Below, piece by piece: positions 1-9,906 of a stretch of 32,000 bases of DNA. This DNA is from Vibrio vulnificus CMCP6 (GTDB lineage: Bacteria; Pseudomonadota; Gammaproteobacteria; Enterobacterales; Vibrionaceae), in the NCBI RefSeq assembly GCF_000039765.1, contig NC_004460.2:1110001-1142000 (forward strand). Direction: 5' to 3'. The notes beneath the pieces were generated by a model, which had not been told where the DNA came from, ran no database searches, and was given only the letters and a program-made list of their open reading frames with translations. Every line of letters starts with the position of its first letter. Position 1 is the first letter of the stretch. The position numbers were made by a program, and so were the translations under genes.

Positions 1-328
1 TTGGGGCACTCGCGCCTCAGGAGAACTGGTTTTGTTTGATTGGGAACGTTTTGGCTTGGGCAGCCCTGCGATTGATCTGGCGCCGTTAGTACGTGGCCTT
101 GGTAAACTCACTGACTACCATGCTATCGCAAGTCTGTATCGCCAACACAACCCTCGCCTATCCAACGACACCCTTGTTCGGCAACTGATCTTGGTAAAAG
201 GATGGCTCATCGTTGAAGTGACCAATTTGCTCGTTAGCCGAGAAAAACAAGAGGCCAAGATGTACATCGATTGGTACCGTAAACAGATACCAAACTGGCT
301 CAAAGAAGTCGAATCAGGATTGTCGTAA
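1..328 (+). CDS. Phosphotransferase (aminoglycoside/choline-kinase-like, APH family) protein, C-terminal fragment; start lies off-window
   Basis: The frame is open from base 2. The peptide ...GELVLFDWERFGLGSPAIDLAPL... matches the APH-family '(l)iDwE..g.G.p..Dla' motif. A stop at 326-328 is followed by a hairpin terminator. Confidence 0.7.
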   Translation, partial: WGTRASGELVLFDWERFGLGSPAIDLAPLVRGLGKLTDYHAIASLYRQHNPRLSNDTLVRQLILVKGWLIVEVTNLLVSREKQEAKMYIDWYRKQIPNWLKEVESGLS

Positions 329-335
329 CACAACG

Positions 336-363
336 AAAAACGCTCACCGAAGTGAGCGTTTTT
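336..363. terminator. Bidirectional rho-independent terminator between convergent genes
   Basis: aaaaa-CGCTCAC-cgaa-GTGAGCG-ttttt: a 7 bp GC-rich stem with an A-run upstream and a T-run downstream. Confidence 0.75.
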
Positions 364-383
364 GATATTCGAGTGTGTTTGGC

Positions 384-1583
384 TTAGCCAATCATGCGTT
401 CGCTGCTTGCAACAAATTCATTCAGCGCAATAGTTTGAGCGCGTTTAAAGAAGTTAAAATCGGTCGCGGTTGCACTGGTGTAGGCACCCATGGTGCGGCC
501 AATTACCAAATCGCCATTGTTCAATTTTGGCAGCAGAATGTTTTCTGCAATCACATCCACGCTGTCGCACGTTGGGCCAGAAAGTACGCTTGGGATCAGC
601 TCGCCACCTTGTTTGATGGTGGTGAGCGGATAACGCGCATCGTCAAACATCAAACCACTGAACGAGCCATAAATACCGTCATCCAAGTAGTACCAAATTT
701 GCCCTTCACGCTCGGCTTGCCCCATCACTGAAGCCACACTGGTCACCGCAGGTGCACAGATAAAGCGACCCGGTTCAGCCAAAACGTGGACCGTTTCTGG
801 CAACAAGCTTAGCGCTTCATTAATTGGCGCGCAGAATTGATCAATCGGCATCACTTGTTGGGTGTAGTTCACAGGGAAGCCACCACCAATATCAAGCGTG
901 CTCAACGCTGGCAAACCGCGTTCAACCACTTGTTCCATCACATGTCGGCAAGTGTGGATCGCTTCAACATACTTGTTTGGGTTAGTAGTTTGTGAGCCCA
1001 CATGGAACGACAAACCTTTGATGCGAATATTCCACTCTTTTGCCGTTTCGATGATCACTAATGCCTGCTCTGGTGAACAACCAAACTTCTTCGACAAGTC
1101 AGCAAACGCTTCTGAATTGCGGAAGCTCAAGCGCACCAATAACTCGACGTCATCGCGATACGCTTTGAATTTTTCCAGTTCATTCAAGTTATCCACTACA
1201 AATACGTTGCAACCGTAAGCCAGTGCATCACGAATATCGGCATCACGCTTGATTGGGTGAGTGTGGATAGTGAGATCCGCCGGTACGCCTTCAGAAGCGA
1301 CCAACTCCACTTCCCCTGTTGTTGCAAGGTCGAAACTCGCCCCTTCTGCTAACAAAGTACGCACCACCACTGGGTGTGGCAGCGGTTTTAATGCGTAGTG
1401 CAGCGTCACGTTTGGCAACGCGTTTTTCAAAGCGCGGTACTGCTGACGAATCACATCGCAGTCCAATAGCAAGAGTGGCGCACCAAATTGCTCAACCGAC
1501 GCTTCGATCAAGTGGATTTCTTCTGCGCTTAGCACTGGTGAAGTTAGTGAATGAATATCAAAAATAGATTGTGAATGTGCCAT
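384..1583 (-). CDS. PLP-dependent Orn/Lys decarboxylase (fold-III, eukaryotic-ODC-like lysine/ornithine decarboxylase)
   Basis: Motifs HYALKPL (PLP Lys), DIGGGFP and SGPTCDSVD (ODC-type active-site Cys). I chose the start MAHSQS at 1583 because GGAGG lies 6 nt upstream. The track ORF extends to 1616. Confidence 0.9.
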   Translation of the reverse strand: MAHSQSIFDIHSLTSPVLSAEEIHLIEASVEQFGAPLLLLDCDVIRQQYRALKNALPNVTLHYALKPLPHPVVVRTLLAEGASFDLATTGEVELVASEGVPADLTIHTHPIKRDADIRDALAYGCNVFVVDNLNELEKFKAYRDDVELLVRLSFRNSEAFADLSKKFGCSPEQALVIIETAKEWNIRIKGLSFHVGSQTTNPNKYVEAIHTCRHVMEQVVERGLPALSTLDIGGGFPVNYTQQVMPIDQFCAPINEALSLLPETVHVLAEPGRFICAPAVTSVASVMGQAEREGQIWYYLDDGIYGSFSGLMFDDARYPLTTIKQGGELIPSVLSGPTCDSVDVIAENILLPKLNNGDLVIGRTMGAYTSATATDFNFFKRAQTIALNEFVASSERMIG

Positions 1584-1860
1584 AGCAAACCTCCAAAGTA
1601 ATGGGGCACTTTTCATACATAAGAGATGAATGGGTATGAAAAGTGGAGCGTCAATAAAAGCGCTGGTGCGCCGTCAAAGTCACTCTTGGATAGTTGCTCT
1701 ATCGCCTTGCCACATAAAACAGCTGTGATGTACTCGGATTGGCTATCATCAAGAAGCGATGCGATAGTAAGGTCATAATTTACTCAGCGCAATAAAAAAT
1801 GTCCCAAGAAAGGTAACAATTTTTTGTTGTCAGGATTACATCTCGCAATGGATAAATATT

Positions 1861-1879
1861 TATATAATTTGCTTATATA
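1861..1879. promoter_or_regulatory. Candidate regulator-binding dyad in the decarboxylase/LysR divergent intergenic region
   Basis: TATATAA-tttgc-TTATATA: a perfect 7 bp inverted repeat in an AT-rich spacer between divergent genes. Its function is not demonstrated. Confidence 0.25.
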
Positions 1880-2021
1880 TTTAGGTTGGCGTGTTTAAAG
1901 GAATGAAGTAGCCCACCAACTTTAGAAATAGGGTTTGTGCTCACCGAACATCACTTGAGCCAAACGGACGAATGGGTAAAAATCAACGTTTCAGCAGCGC
2001 ACAAGATGGGCACCTAACGAG

Positions 2022-2927
2022 ATGACGATGGATCTAAACTTACTGAAAACCTTTGATGTGGTGATGAAAACGCGCAGCGTAAACGAAGCGGCAGAAACGC
2101 TGGGCATTACCGCCCCAGCGGTCAGCCACGCCCTGAATCGCTTGCGCGAGCAGTACCAAGATCCGCTCTTTATTCGCCAAGGTCGGGGCATTACGCCAAC
2201 GAATTTTGCCATTGAGCTGCATGCTGAAATCCAAGAGCCACTTAGCCTGCTGCTTAATGGCGCTAAATCCCGTCAGCAGTTTAATCCTGACACCAGCCAT
2301 CGCACTTTTCGTCTCTCCAGTCATAAAGACATCGATTTAATGCTGCTGCCTCCCTTGATGGATCACCTCGCGCAGCACGCTCCAAACGTCAAGCTCTGTG
2401 CCGATGTGGAACATTTAGACGAGCGCGATCGCCAAGCGGATTTGCGTACCCGCAAAGTGGACATGATTCTCGCCACTGTGCCGTTTGATGAACACGGTTA
2501 TCACAACGAATTGTTGTTCGAACTGCCTCTGGTGATGGTGTGCCGCCAAGATCATCCACGCATTCAAAACACCATCACTCATCAACAGTTTTTTGCCGAG
2601 CAGCACTTGTTGTGGGAAACCAAACGGCAAAACCAAGACATCGTTGACTCACTGGCGCTGGAGCCACAACCACAAAGAAACATCGCCTATAAAACCGGTT
2701 CCAGCTGCAACGCCATCATGATGGCAGCACAAACCGATTGGATCTGCGTCACTGGCCAATGGCATGCCGATTTGATGGCCAAAGCGCACCAACTGCAAGT
2801 GATGCCGCTGCCCTTTAAGCTTAATAAGTTGCCTATCTACATGACATGGCACCATAGCCAGCAACAAGATTCCGGACATCAATGGCTTAAGAGTGCTCTG
2901 ATGCAAGCAACTGCGACATTTCGTTAA
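2022..2927 (+). CDS. LysR-family transcriptional regulator
   Basis: N-terminal wHTH signature LNLLKTFDVVMKTRSVNEAAETLGITAPAVSHALNRLR, followed by a roughly 200 aa substrate-binding-type domain. Confidence 0.9.
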   Translation: MTMDLNLLKTFDVVMKTRSVNEAAETLGITAPAVSHALNRLREQYQDPLFIRQGRGITPTNFAIELHAEIQEPLSLLLNGAKSRQQFNPDTSHRTFRLSSHKDIDLMLLPPLMDHLAQHAPNVKLCADVEHLDERDRQADLRTRKVDMILATVPFDEHGYHNELLFELPLVMVCRQDHPRIQNTITHQQFFAEQHLLWETKRQNQDIVDSLALEPQPQRNIAYKTGSSCNAIMMAAQTDWICVTGQWHADLMAKAHQLQVMPLPFKLNKLPIYMTWHHSQQQDSGHQWLKSALMQATATFR

Positions 2928-3070
2928 CGATGTTGAAGGCTAACGCCAAAGTGGATTAAATAAAACTAAATTTACTTTTCAGGCTTAGTCTATCGATTGT
3001 TTAATCCACACTCATTAATCTCTCCTTAACGACGGATGCTCAACGCGCCGCTTTCAGAGAGAGATAAACC

Positions 3071-5038
3071 ATGAAACGACAAAAATCGATTGTATCGCTA
3101 GCGATTATCGCCACTCTATTCCCAGCTCTAACGTTCGCTGCCCCAACCAGCAGCGAGCCTAAACAAGCTTCTTCGTTCACCATCGAGAAAAACAACCAAC
3201 TCAAAAGCTACCTCGACTTCGCCAATCAAAGTGATTTTGAAGATGCCTCACGCGGTTACATTGCTACTTGGCCAGAAAAAACCATCAAAGACGCCAAAGG
3301 CAATGTGATTTGGGACTTCAGCAAATACGACTTTGTTGAACAAGAGAAGAACATTCAAACCGTCAACCCTTCACTGCTGCGCCAAGCAAAACTGAACAAC
3401 ATCGATGGCTTGTTCAAAGTGAAAGAGGGCATTTACCAAGTACGCGGTTTTGATCTCTCGGTGATGACCTTTATCCGCGGTGACAAAGGTTGGGTCGTGA
3501 TCGACCCACTCATTTCACCAGAAACCGCCGCGGCAGGGCTGAAATTGCTGCGTGACAAAGTGGAAGATGCGCCGGTAACGGGCGTGATTTTCACCCACTC
3601 ACACGTTGACCACTTTGGTGGCATCCTTGGCATCACCAGCCAAAAAGCGATTGATGCTGGTAAAGTCGATATTCTTGCGCCAGAGGGCTTTTTCTCTCAC
3701 TCGATTGCCGAGAACTTGATGGCAGGCAACACCATGTCGCGTCGCGCTTCTTACATGTATGGCAACCTGCTTGAAGCGAGCAGCCAAGGGCAAGTGGATG
3801 GCGGTTTGGGTAAAACCACCTCATCCGGAGCGCCTGGCATCGTGAAACCAACGCACATTGCCAATATCACCGGGCAGAAAATGGCGGTCGATGGTGTGGA
3901 ACTGGAAGTGATCATGGCGCAGGAATCCGAAGCTCCGTCAGAATTTATGTTCTACTTCCCACAATACAAAACCATGATGGCGGCGGAAGTAATGACGCAC
4001 ACCATCCACAACATCTCGACACTGCGCGGCGCGAAAACACGTGATGCTTCTTCTTGGGCTGAATACATTGACCAAGCGCTGAAAACTTACGGTGACAAAG
4101 CCGATACCATGATCGCCTCTCACCACTGGCCAACCTTTGGCAAAGAGAAGATCCAAACTCAGCTTGAGAAAACGCGCGACATGTACAAGTTTGTCCATGA
4201 CCAAACCCTGCGTCTCGCCAACAAAGGCTATACACCAAATGAGATTTCAGCAGAAATTACCCTGCCAGATTCGCTAGGCAAAGAATGGTACAACCGCGGT
4301 TACTACGGCACGGTATCGCACAATGCTCGCGCGACGTACGACTTCTACTTTGGTGCATGGTGGGATGGCAACCCAGCCAACCTAAACCCGCTGACACCAA
4401 GTGAACAAGGCGCAAAATACGTTGAAGCGATGGGCGGGGAAGAGAAAGTGATAGAACTGGCTGAGCAAGCAGTGAAAAACGGTGAATACCGCTGGGCGGT
4501 GACACTGCTTAACAACGTGACTTTCTCCAACCCAAACAATATGGACGCTCGCTACTTAGAAGCGGATGCAATGGAGCAATTGGGTTATCAGGCGGAATCT
4601 GGCCCTTGGCGTAACTACTATCTTGGCGGTGCGAAAGAGCTGCGCCAAGGCATCAAACCCGTCGCAACGCCAGACACGGCCGCAATTGCTAAGAATATGC
4701 CGTTTGATCAGTTCATGAAGTATCTCGGCGTGACGGTAAAACCTGACGCGGCGAATGGCCTCGATATCAAAGTGAACATCAATGTCAAAGGCGACGGCCA
4801 ATACTCGATGGAGCTGAGCAACTCGGTATTGAAATCGTACTCTGGTAGCCAATTTGATAATGCGGATTTGACCATTAACTTAACCCGCCAAGCGTTTGAG
4901 AAAATGCTGACCAAGCAAGCGACACTGCAAGATCAGGTCAAAGCCGGTGAGTTTAGTGTTTCAAACCAAGCGCAGTTCCAAACGCTGATGTCGGTCTTTG
5001 ATAAATTCGACATGTGGTTCGGTGTGGTAACACCATAA
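3071..5038 (+). CDS. Secreted alkyl/aryl-sulfatase (SdsA1/YjcS type: metallo-beta-lactamase fold plus dimerisation and SCP2-like C-terminal domains)
   Basis: Signal peptide MKRQKSIVSLAIIATLFPALTFA. MBL motif THSHVDHFGG. The 655 aa length and C-terminal region are typical of the family. Confidence 0.88.
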   Translation: MKRQKSIVSLAIIATLFPALTFAAPTSSEPKQASSFTIEKNNQLKSYLDFANQSDFEDASRGYIATWPEKTIKDAKGNVIWDFSKYDFVEQEKNIQTVNPSLLRQAKLNNIDGLFKVKEGIYQVRGFDLSVMTFIRGDKGWVVIDPLISPETAAAGLKLLRDKVEDAPVTGVIFTHSHVDHFGGILGITSQKAIDAGKVDILAPEGFFSHSIAENLMAGNTMSRRASYMYGNLLEASSQGQVDGGLGKTTSSGAPGIVKPTHIANITGQKMAVDGVELEVIMAQESEAPSEFMFYFPQYKTMMAAEVMTHTIHNISTLRGAKTRDASSWAEYIDQALKTYGDKADTMIASHHWPTFGKEKIQTQLEKTRDMYKFVHDQTLRLANKGYTPNEISAEITLPDSLGKEWYNRGYYGTVSHNARATYDFYFGAWWDGNPANLNPLTPSEQGAKYVEAMGGEEKVIELAEQAVKNGEYRWAVTLLNNVTFSNPNNMDARYLEADAMEQLGYQAESGPWRNYYLGGAKELRQGIKPVATPDTAAIAKNMPFDQFMKYLGVTVKPDAANGLDIKVNINVKGDGQYSMELSNSVLKSYSGSQFDNADLTINLTRQAFEKMLTKQATLQDQVKAGEFSVSNQAQFQTLMSVFDKFDMWFGVVTP

Positions 5039-5073
5039 GAGTAACGCCATAAAGGTAGCCTCATTCTAACGAC

Positions 5074-5104
5074 AAAGCCCGCGAGTCACATCGCGGGCTT
5101 TTTG
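5074..5104. terminator. Rho-independent terminator (bidirectional context)
   Basis: aaaGCCCGCGA-gtcaca-TCGCGGGCttttt: an 8 bp GC stem plus a T-run, between convergent genes. Confidence 0.8.
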
Positions 5105-5162
5105 CGTCGAAATCCACCGTTTGGGATGCAACTCGGCGACACCATCGTTTTCTCTATCATCA

Positions 5163-5717
5163 TCACCAAAATTGCGGATCGCAAAACGCCGCCACACACG
5201 TCACAGGCCCTTTTAAAACGGGCAGTGCTTCACCTGTTAGCGACTGTGCTTGCCAGCCGTGAGGAAATTGCAACGAGTACGGCGCAGCGATGGTTTGGGT
5301 ATCAACAGGGACAAAACCTGTCTTGTGATAAAAGTTCGGATCCCCATACGTGACGGCAACTTCAACGCCTTGTGCTTTGATCTCCTGCAAGCCGAAAGCA
5401 ATTAACGCTTGTCCAATTCCTTGACCATGACAGGAAGTGGCCACAGCAACCGGAGCCATCACAAACACGGGCGTACCACAGGGGTAATGCAAACGAGTAA
5501 ACAAAATCGCGCCCACCACCGCTTCACCCTCCGCTGCGATATAGATAAAAAGATCGTCATTGTGCGTTTGCTCGATCAAATCCGACGCCAGTTGGCCAAT
5601 CAACTGCCCTTCAGCTTCACCTTCCGAATCGGTAAAGGTTTGACAAAAAAGTGTTTTTATCGCTTCAATCGCGCTCTTATCTGCTAAGGTATAGTGCATC
5701 GGGAGATCCTGTATCAC
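5163..5717 (-). CDS. GNAT-family N-acetyltransferase
   Basis: Acetyl-CoA motif A CHGQGIGQALI and GNAT-like length. The track start is a GTG. An ATG (MHYTLADK) at 5699 is an alternative start. Confidence 0.85.
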   Translation of the reverse strand: MIQDLPMHYTLADKSAIEAIKTLFCQTFTDSEGEAEGQLIGQLASDLIEQTHNDDLFIYIAAEGEAVVGAILFTRLHYPCGTPVFVMAPVAVATSCHGQGIGQALIAFGLQEIKAQGVEVAVTYGDPNFYHKTGFVPVDTQTIAAPYSLQFPHGWQAQSLTGEALPVLKGPVTCVAAFCDPQFW

Positions 5718-5840
5718 AACAAACGTGCCGTCATTATAGCGGATTTCCTATCCCAAATTGGGACGCTGCACACCATACTGACAGTAATTGTCAGTGGGTT
5801 GTGACACCCTCAGCCCTCAATCACCTACTGGAGAAAATCG

Positions 5841-6374
5841 ATGTCCAACATTGTCTACATTGCCACCAGCTTAGATGGCTATATCGCAGGACCAAACAAC
5901 GAAATGGACTGGCTGCATCAAGTGCCCAATCCAGATGGTTCGGACTTTGGCTTTGCCGATTTTATGGCCAGTGTTGATGCGTTGGTGATGGGCAGAAACA
6001 CCTTTGAAATGGTGCTCAGTTTTGGCGTGGAATGGCCTTACAACAAGCCGGTTTTTGTGCTGAGTAATACCTTGAAAAGTGTGCCAGAAGGCTATCAAGA
6101 CAAGGTATTTTTGGTGCAAGGGGCGTTACCAACGATGGTTGCACAGCTACATCAACAGGGCTATCAACGCCTTTATATCGATGGTGGAAAAACCGTGCAG
6201 AGTTTTTTGGCCGAGGATTTGATTGATGAGATGATCATCACCACCATTCCTGTGCTGTTAGGCGCTGGCATTCCACTGTTTGGCCGCTTACCAAAGGCGT
6301 TGAACTTTAAGCATATTCATGCTGAACGCTTAGCGGACCACATGGTGAAAAATCACTATGTCAGAGTGCGTTAA
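5841..6374 (+). CDS. Dihydrofolate-reductase-family protein (RibD C-terminal/YwjB-like)
   Basis: N-terminus MSNIVYIATSLDGYIAGPNNEMDWL and ...LYIDGGKTVQSFL... are typical of the RibD_C family. A GGAGA SD lies upstream. Confidence 0.85.
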   Translation: MSNIVYIATSLDGYIAGPNNEMDWLHQVPNPDGSDFGFADFMASVDALVMGRNTFEMVLSFGVEWPYNKPVFVLSNTLKSVPEGYQDKVFLVQGALPTMVAQLHQQGYQRLYIDGGKTVQSFLAEDLIDEMIITTIPVLLGAGIPLFGRLPKALNFKHIHAERLADHMVKNHYVRVR

Positions 6375-6467
6375 ATAACATACAAAAAAATCAACAAGAA
6401 GAATTGATGAGAAAGGCAATCTACCCTACGATGGGCGCGTTAAAAACACCAATAAGGATATTCGACT

Positions 6468-7076
6468 TTGGAACCACAAGGAGATGACAATAAGGCGCTA
6501 TTTGCTGTACCGGAAAACCAGCGTAGCAGAACGTCAGATGTCATCGTTGAGCTGATTAAACAAGCTCAATCTCCCGGAATTACCTTGAGAAACTTAACCG
6601 ATCGATTGGGTGACCGAACCTTCGGTATGTTACTCATGCTCATCGCATTATTTAATGTCCTTCCGCTCGTTTCGATTATTGGCGGAATCTTGATAGCAAC
6701 ACTCGGGTTGCAGATGATTTTGGGACGGAGAAAAGCGTGGCTACCAAGTGTCATTTTGGATAGAGAACTGCCCAACGAAAAAGTACAAGCGATTCTTCGA
6801 GCGTTCGAGCCCAAGGTACGTAAACTTGAGCAGTATATCTACCCTCGAATTCAGTACATGGAAGCGCCTGTCGTCGATCAAGTGAACGGTTGTATTATTC
6901 TGCTACTCGGTTTACTGATATCGCTGCCTTTCCCATTTACCAATATCGCACCGGCATTTGTGGTGATGATCATGGGGCTTGGTTTGATGGAACGTGACGG
7001 TTTATTGCAAATTGGCTCATTCTTACTGGGGATGCTGTCCATCGGTGGAATTGGCTATTTTTTGATTCTTTCTTAA
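6468..7076 (+). CDS. ExoD-family (exopolysaccharide synthesis) membrane protein
   Basis: ExoD-like LGDRTFGMLLMLIALFNVLPL segment plus C-terminal TM helices. The start is TTG with AAGGA 8 nt upstream. Confidence 0.72.
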   Translation: MEPQGDDNKALFAVPENQRSRTSDVIVELIKQAQSPGITLRNLTDRLGDRTFGMLLMLIALFNVLPLVSIIGGILIATLGLQMILGRRKAWLPSVILDRELPNEKVQAILRAFEPKVRKLEQYIYPRIQYMEAPVVDQVNGCIILLLGLLISLPFPFTNIAPAFVVMIMGLGLMERDGLLQIGSFLLGMLSIGGIGYFLILS

Positions 7077-7082
7077 TAAAAA

Positions 7083-7104
7083 AGAGGACTGTGCTCAGTC
7101 CTCT
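7083..7104. terminator. Hairpin terminator, best oriented for the minus-strand Sel1 gene
   Basis: AGAGGACTG-tgct-CAGTCCTCT: a 9 bp stem. The A-run on the plus strand gives a U-run on the minus strand. Confidence 0.7.
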
Positions 7105-7139
7105 CATGCTGCCGATAAGGTCAAAACCAAGCACAACTC

Positions 7140-8183
7140 TTATAGCGTTTCTTCAATCGCTTCTTGATATTCACCTGCTTTGGCGATCTCTTTCTCGTTC
7201 ATTTTTCCTTTCACTTCTTTGATCGCCTTTTCAGCTTCATCATAACCATTTTCATAAGCGATGTTGTACCAAGCCAGTGCTTTGACGTAATTACGCTCCA
7301 CACCACGCCCTTTAAAGTGGAAAGAACCAATCATAAACTGGCTGTACTCCTCACCCCATTCCGCTGCATATTGGAAATACTCCAGCGCTTTTTTGTAGTC
7401 TGCCGATTTGATTCCACAAGATCGCATGTATCTAGGCTCGGAGTAGATTTTACCCATGATCTGATAGGCCTTTGATTCGTCATCAAGTTCAATGGCGTGC
7501 TCAAACAGAGTAATGGCTTTTTGGCAGTCACGCGCCACGCCTTCACCTTGCAAGTAACTGACACCAAGATTAAAAGTCGCCAATGCATGTCCCTTTTCAG
7601 CGGCGCTCGCGAACCAATGGTTCGCCTGCTTAAAATCTTGCTCAATGCCTAAACCGTCATTGTATGAAAAAGCCAGTTGGAACATCGCATCTTCATCGCC
7701 TTTCTGCGCGGATGCGAGGTAGTATTCGTTGCCTTTTTTCTGATCCTGTTCAACACCTTCACCATCAAAATACATCACACCCAAGTAGTAAAGCGCAATG
7801 GCATCACCTTTCTCGGCCAGTTTTTGATAGAGCGGTAGAGCCTGCTGATATGCTTCCTCATAGTAATAGTGCTCCGCCAAAGTACTCAGTGCTTCTAGGT
7901 TATCGAGATCGGCGGACTGCTTGAGATAAAGCAACCCTTGATCAACGTTTTCTTGCATCATCGATTCGTCGATGAGGATCTCTGACGCTTTGAAAAGCAG
8001 TTGTGCATCTTTAGACGTTTCGGCTTGCTTTAACACTGCTAACGTTTCTTCGTCAAAATCTTCGTAAGTAAGATCATACGCATGAGAAACACTGGAAAGA
8101 AGAAGGGGAAGCGCAGCCAACCACGCGGTACAACGACGTGTCATAGTTAATAAGTCCATTATGATTGTTTTAAGAACTCGCAT
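7140..8183 (-). CDS. Sel1-repeat (TPR-like) secreted protein
   Basis: Multiple Sel1 units (for example ANHWFASAAEKGHALATFNLGVSYLQGEGVARD). Signal peptide MTRRCTAWLAALPLLLSSVSHA. The true start may be an internal Met (8159 or 8144). Confidence 0.85.
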   Translation of the reverse strand: MRVLKTIIMDLLTMTRRCTAWLAALPLLLSSVSHAYDLTYEDFDEETLAVLKQAETSKDAQLLFKASEILIDESMMQENVDQGLLYLKQSADLDNLEALSTLAEHYYYEEAYQQALPLYQKLAEKGDAIALYYLGVMYFDGEGVEQDQKKGNEYYLASAQKGDEDAMFQLAFSYNDGLGIEQDFKQANHWFASAAEKGHALATFNLGVSYLQGEGVARDCQKAITLFEHAIELDDESKAYQIMGKIYSEPRYMRSCGIKSADYKKALEYFQYAAEWGEEYSQFMIGSFHFKGRGVERNYVKALAWYNIAYENGYDEAEKAIKEVKGKMNEKEIAKAGEYQEAIEETL

Positions 8184-8339
8184 TGTAGCGGCTTGATGAA
8201 TACCAAACCGAGCACTTATTCCAATGGTTGCTTAGGACGTGACATTCTGCACATTTTATCGTCACCCTGCGTACAAGAGAGCGTGAAAGAAATCGGGGCG
8301 ATGTGCGGTCTGATTGAAAGAATAAACAAAGGAGGCGTT

Positions 8340-8795
8340 ATGCTGACATGGCAAGATATCATCACCTTCACCCACCAAGGAAATCCTCAGCCTGATACCG
8401 TCGTGAGAAAAAGCGATGCGCAGTGGCGTGAGCAACTTGGCGAAGCGCAGTACTACGTGATGAGGCAACATGGTACTGAGCGTCCTTTTTCTAACCAAAT
8501 GTGCGAACTGTTTGAACCGGGTTTGTACCGCTGTGCAGGTTGCCAAAACCTGCTGTTTGATTCGGGCAGTAAGTTCGATTCAAGAACCGGTTGGCCATCG
8601 TTCGCTCAGCCAATGAAAAGCAATGCGATTTCCTACCATCTGGATGAAACCTTGGCCAGACCAAGAATCGAGGTACGCTGCAACCAATGCGAATCGCACC
8701 TTGGGCACGTATTTCCCGATGGGCCGGCACCATCCGGGCTTCGCTATTGTGTGAATGCCGTTTCAATTGAAAAAGTAAACCAGGAGGCATCATGA
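8340..8795 (+). CDS. msrB: Peptide-methionine (R)-S-oxide reductase
   Basis: Zn CxxC pairs (CAGC, CNQC) and catalytic GLRYCVN. ATG at 8340 is preceded by AAGGAGG. The 49-codon upstream extension in the track ORF is rejected. Confidence 0.9.
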   Translation: MLTWQDIITFTHQGNPQPDTVVRKSDAQWREQLGEAQYYVMRQHGTERPFSNQMCELFEPGLYRCAGCQNLLFDSGSKFDSRTGWPSFAQPMKSNAISYHLDETLARPRIEVRCNQCESHLGHVFPDGPAPSGLRYCVNAVSIEKVNQEAS

Positions 8796-9319
8796 CCACG
8801 CAACTTGCTACCTTTGGTGGTGGCTGCTTTTGGTGTACCGAGGCGATGTTTTCTCAGCTCAAAGGCGTACTTGATGTGAAAAGTGGCTACAGTGGTGGCC
8901 ATGTTAAACACCCTTGCTACCGTGAAGTGTGCAGTGGGAAAACGGGCCACGCCGAAGTCATTCAAGTGAGTTTCGACCCCGACATAATTCGTTATGAAGC
9001 GCTGTTGTTGGTTCATCTAACCACACACAACCCCACCACGCTAAATCGCCAAGGGGCGGATCGCGGTACGCAATATCGCAGCATCATTTTGGCGCATGAT
9101 GAGGAACAAAAACGCATCGCACAACAAGTGATTGCTGAGGTCGCACCCTATTTTGATGAGCCAATCGTGACAGAGGTGGTGGATTTCGAGCAGTTTTACC
9201 AAGCAGAAACTCACCATCAAAATTACTACAGCGATAACCCTGAAAAGCAATACTGCGCGGTGGTGATTGAACCTAAGTTACGCCGCTTGAGAGAACGCTA
9301 TGCCGATCTCCTCGGCTAG
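8792..9319 (+). CDS. msrA: Peptide-methionine (S)-S-oxide reductase
   Basis: Catalytic GGGCFWC motif. An AGGAGG SD lies upstream. The ATGA overlap with the msrB stop implies translational coupling. Confidence 0.92.
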   Translation: MTTQLATFGGGCFWCTEAMFSQLKGVLDVKSGYSGGHVKHPCYREVCSGKTGHAEVIQVSFDPDIIRYEALLLVHLTTHNPTTLNRQGADRGTQYRSIILAHDEEQKRIAQQVIAEVAPYFDEPIVTEVVDFEQFYQAETHHQNYYSDNPEKQYCAVVIEPKLRRLRERYADLLG

Positions 9320-9331
9320 TTTTCGTGTTGC

Positions 9332-9366
9332 AAGCCGCCTTTATGCCTAGCGCAAGGCGGCTTTTT
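9332..9366 (+). terminator. Rho-independent terminator after msrA
   Basis: AAGCCGCCTT-12 nt loop-AAGGCGGCTT followed by a T-run. Confidence 0.75.
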
Positions 9367-9471
9367 CCTTCGTGCAAACTTGCCCAGCCACGTTCCGCAA
9401 GCAGAGAGCTTGAACAGAGCGCTGGCTCTGTCTACAATGGCGCACTTTTTAGCGATTTCAGGTTAAAGAAC

Positions 9472-9720
9472 ATGAACGATACAACTGCAAAACCAGCACT
9501 TCCAGACCGTCTATCGGGCAACGCACGTAGCCCATTCTTCGTAAAAGAGTGCTTTGATCACCAAATCGGTATCCGTTTTAACGGCAAAGAGCGTAACGAC
9601 GTTGAAGAATACTGTGTTAGCGAAGGTTGGATCAAAATCGCTTCTCCAAAAGCGAAAGACCGCTACGGCAACCCAATGCTGATTCAACTGAAAGGTACGG
9701 TTGAAGCGTACTACGTGTAA
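9472..9720 (+). CDS. Small conserved protein, DUF3297-like
   Basis: MNDTTAKPALPDRLSGNARSPFF...VEEYCVSEGWIKI...GTVEAYYV resembles the roughly 80 aa DUF3297 family as I remember it. The upstream part of the track ORF (9325-9471) spans the msrA terminator and is rejected. Confidence 0.65.
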   Translation: MNDTTAKPALPDRLSGNARSPFFVKECFDHQIGIRFNGKERNDVEEYCVSEGWIKIASPKAKDRYGNPMLIQLKGTVEAYYV

Positions 9721-9757
9721 TTCGCACGTTTCACGCGAACGCCTCAGTTCCAATGCA

Positions 9758-9794
9758 AAAGCCCAAGTGGAGAGACTTCTCAACTTGGGCTTTT
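9758..9794 (+). terminator. Rho-independent terminator
   Basis: AAAGCCCAAGT-14 nt loop-ACTTGGGCTTTT. Confidence 0.75.
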
Positions 9795-9906
9795 CTATTT
9801 GTGGCTCTAAAACAACGTAGGCTGCTGCCAGCGAATCAAGGTTCACGCCAGCCATTGCCAATGTTAGAATTCACGACTATTTCATTTGGTAATAAAAGGA
9901 ACTGTG

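Noticed and set aside
8193-8339. N-terminal extensions in the track ORFs (msrB from 8193, DUF3297-like from 9325, AraC from 15742, GH4 from 20075, decarboxylase to 1616, small protein from 9886)
   Set aside because: In each case an internal ATG with a strong Shine-Dalgarno coincides with the expected family N-terminus. The upstream extensions cross terminators or promoters.
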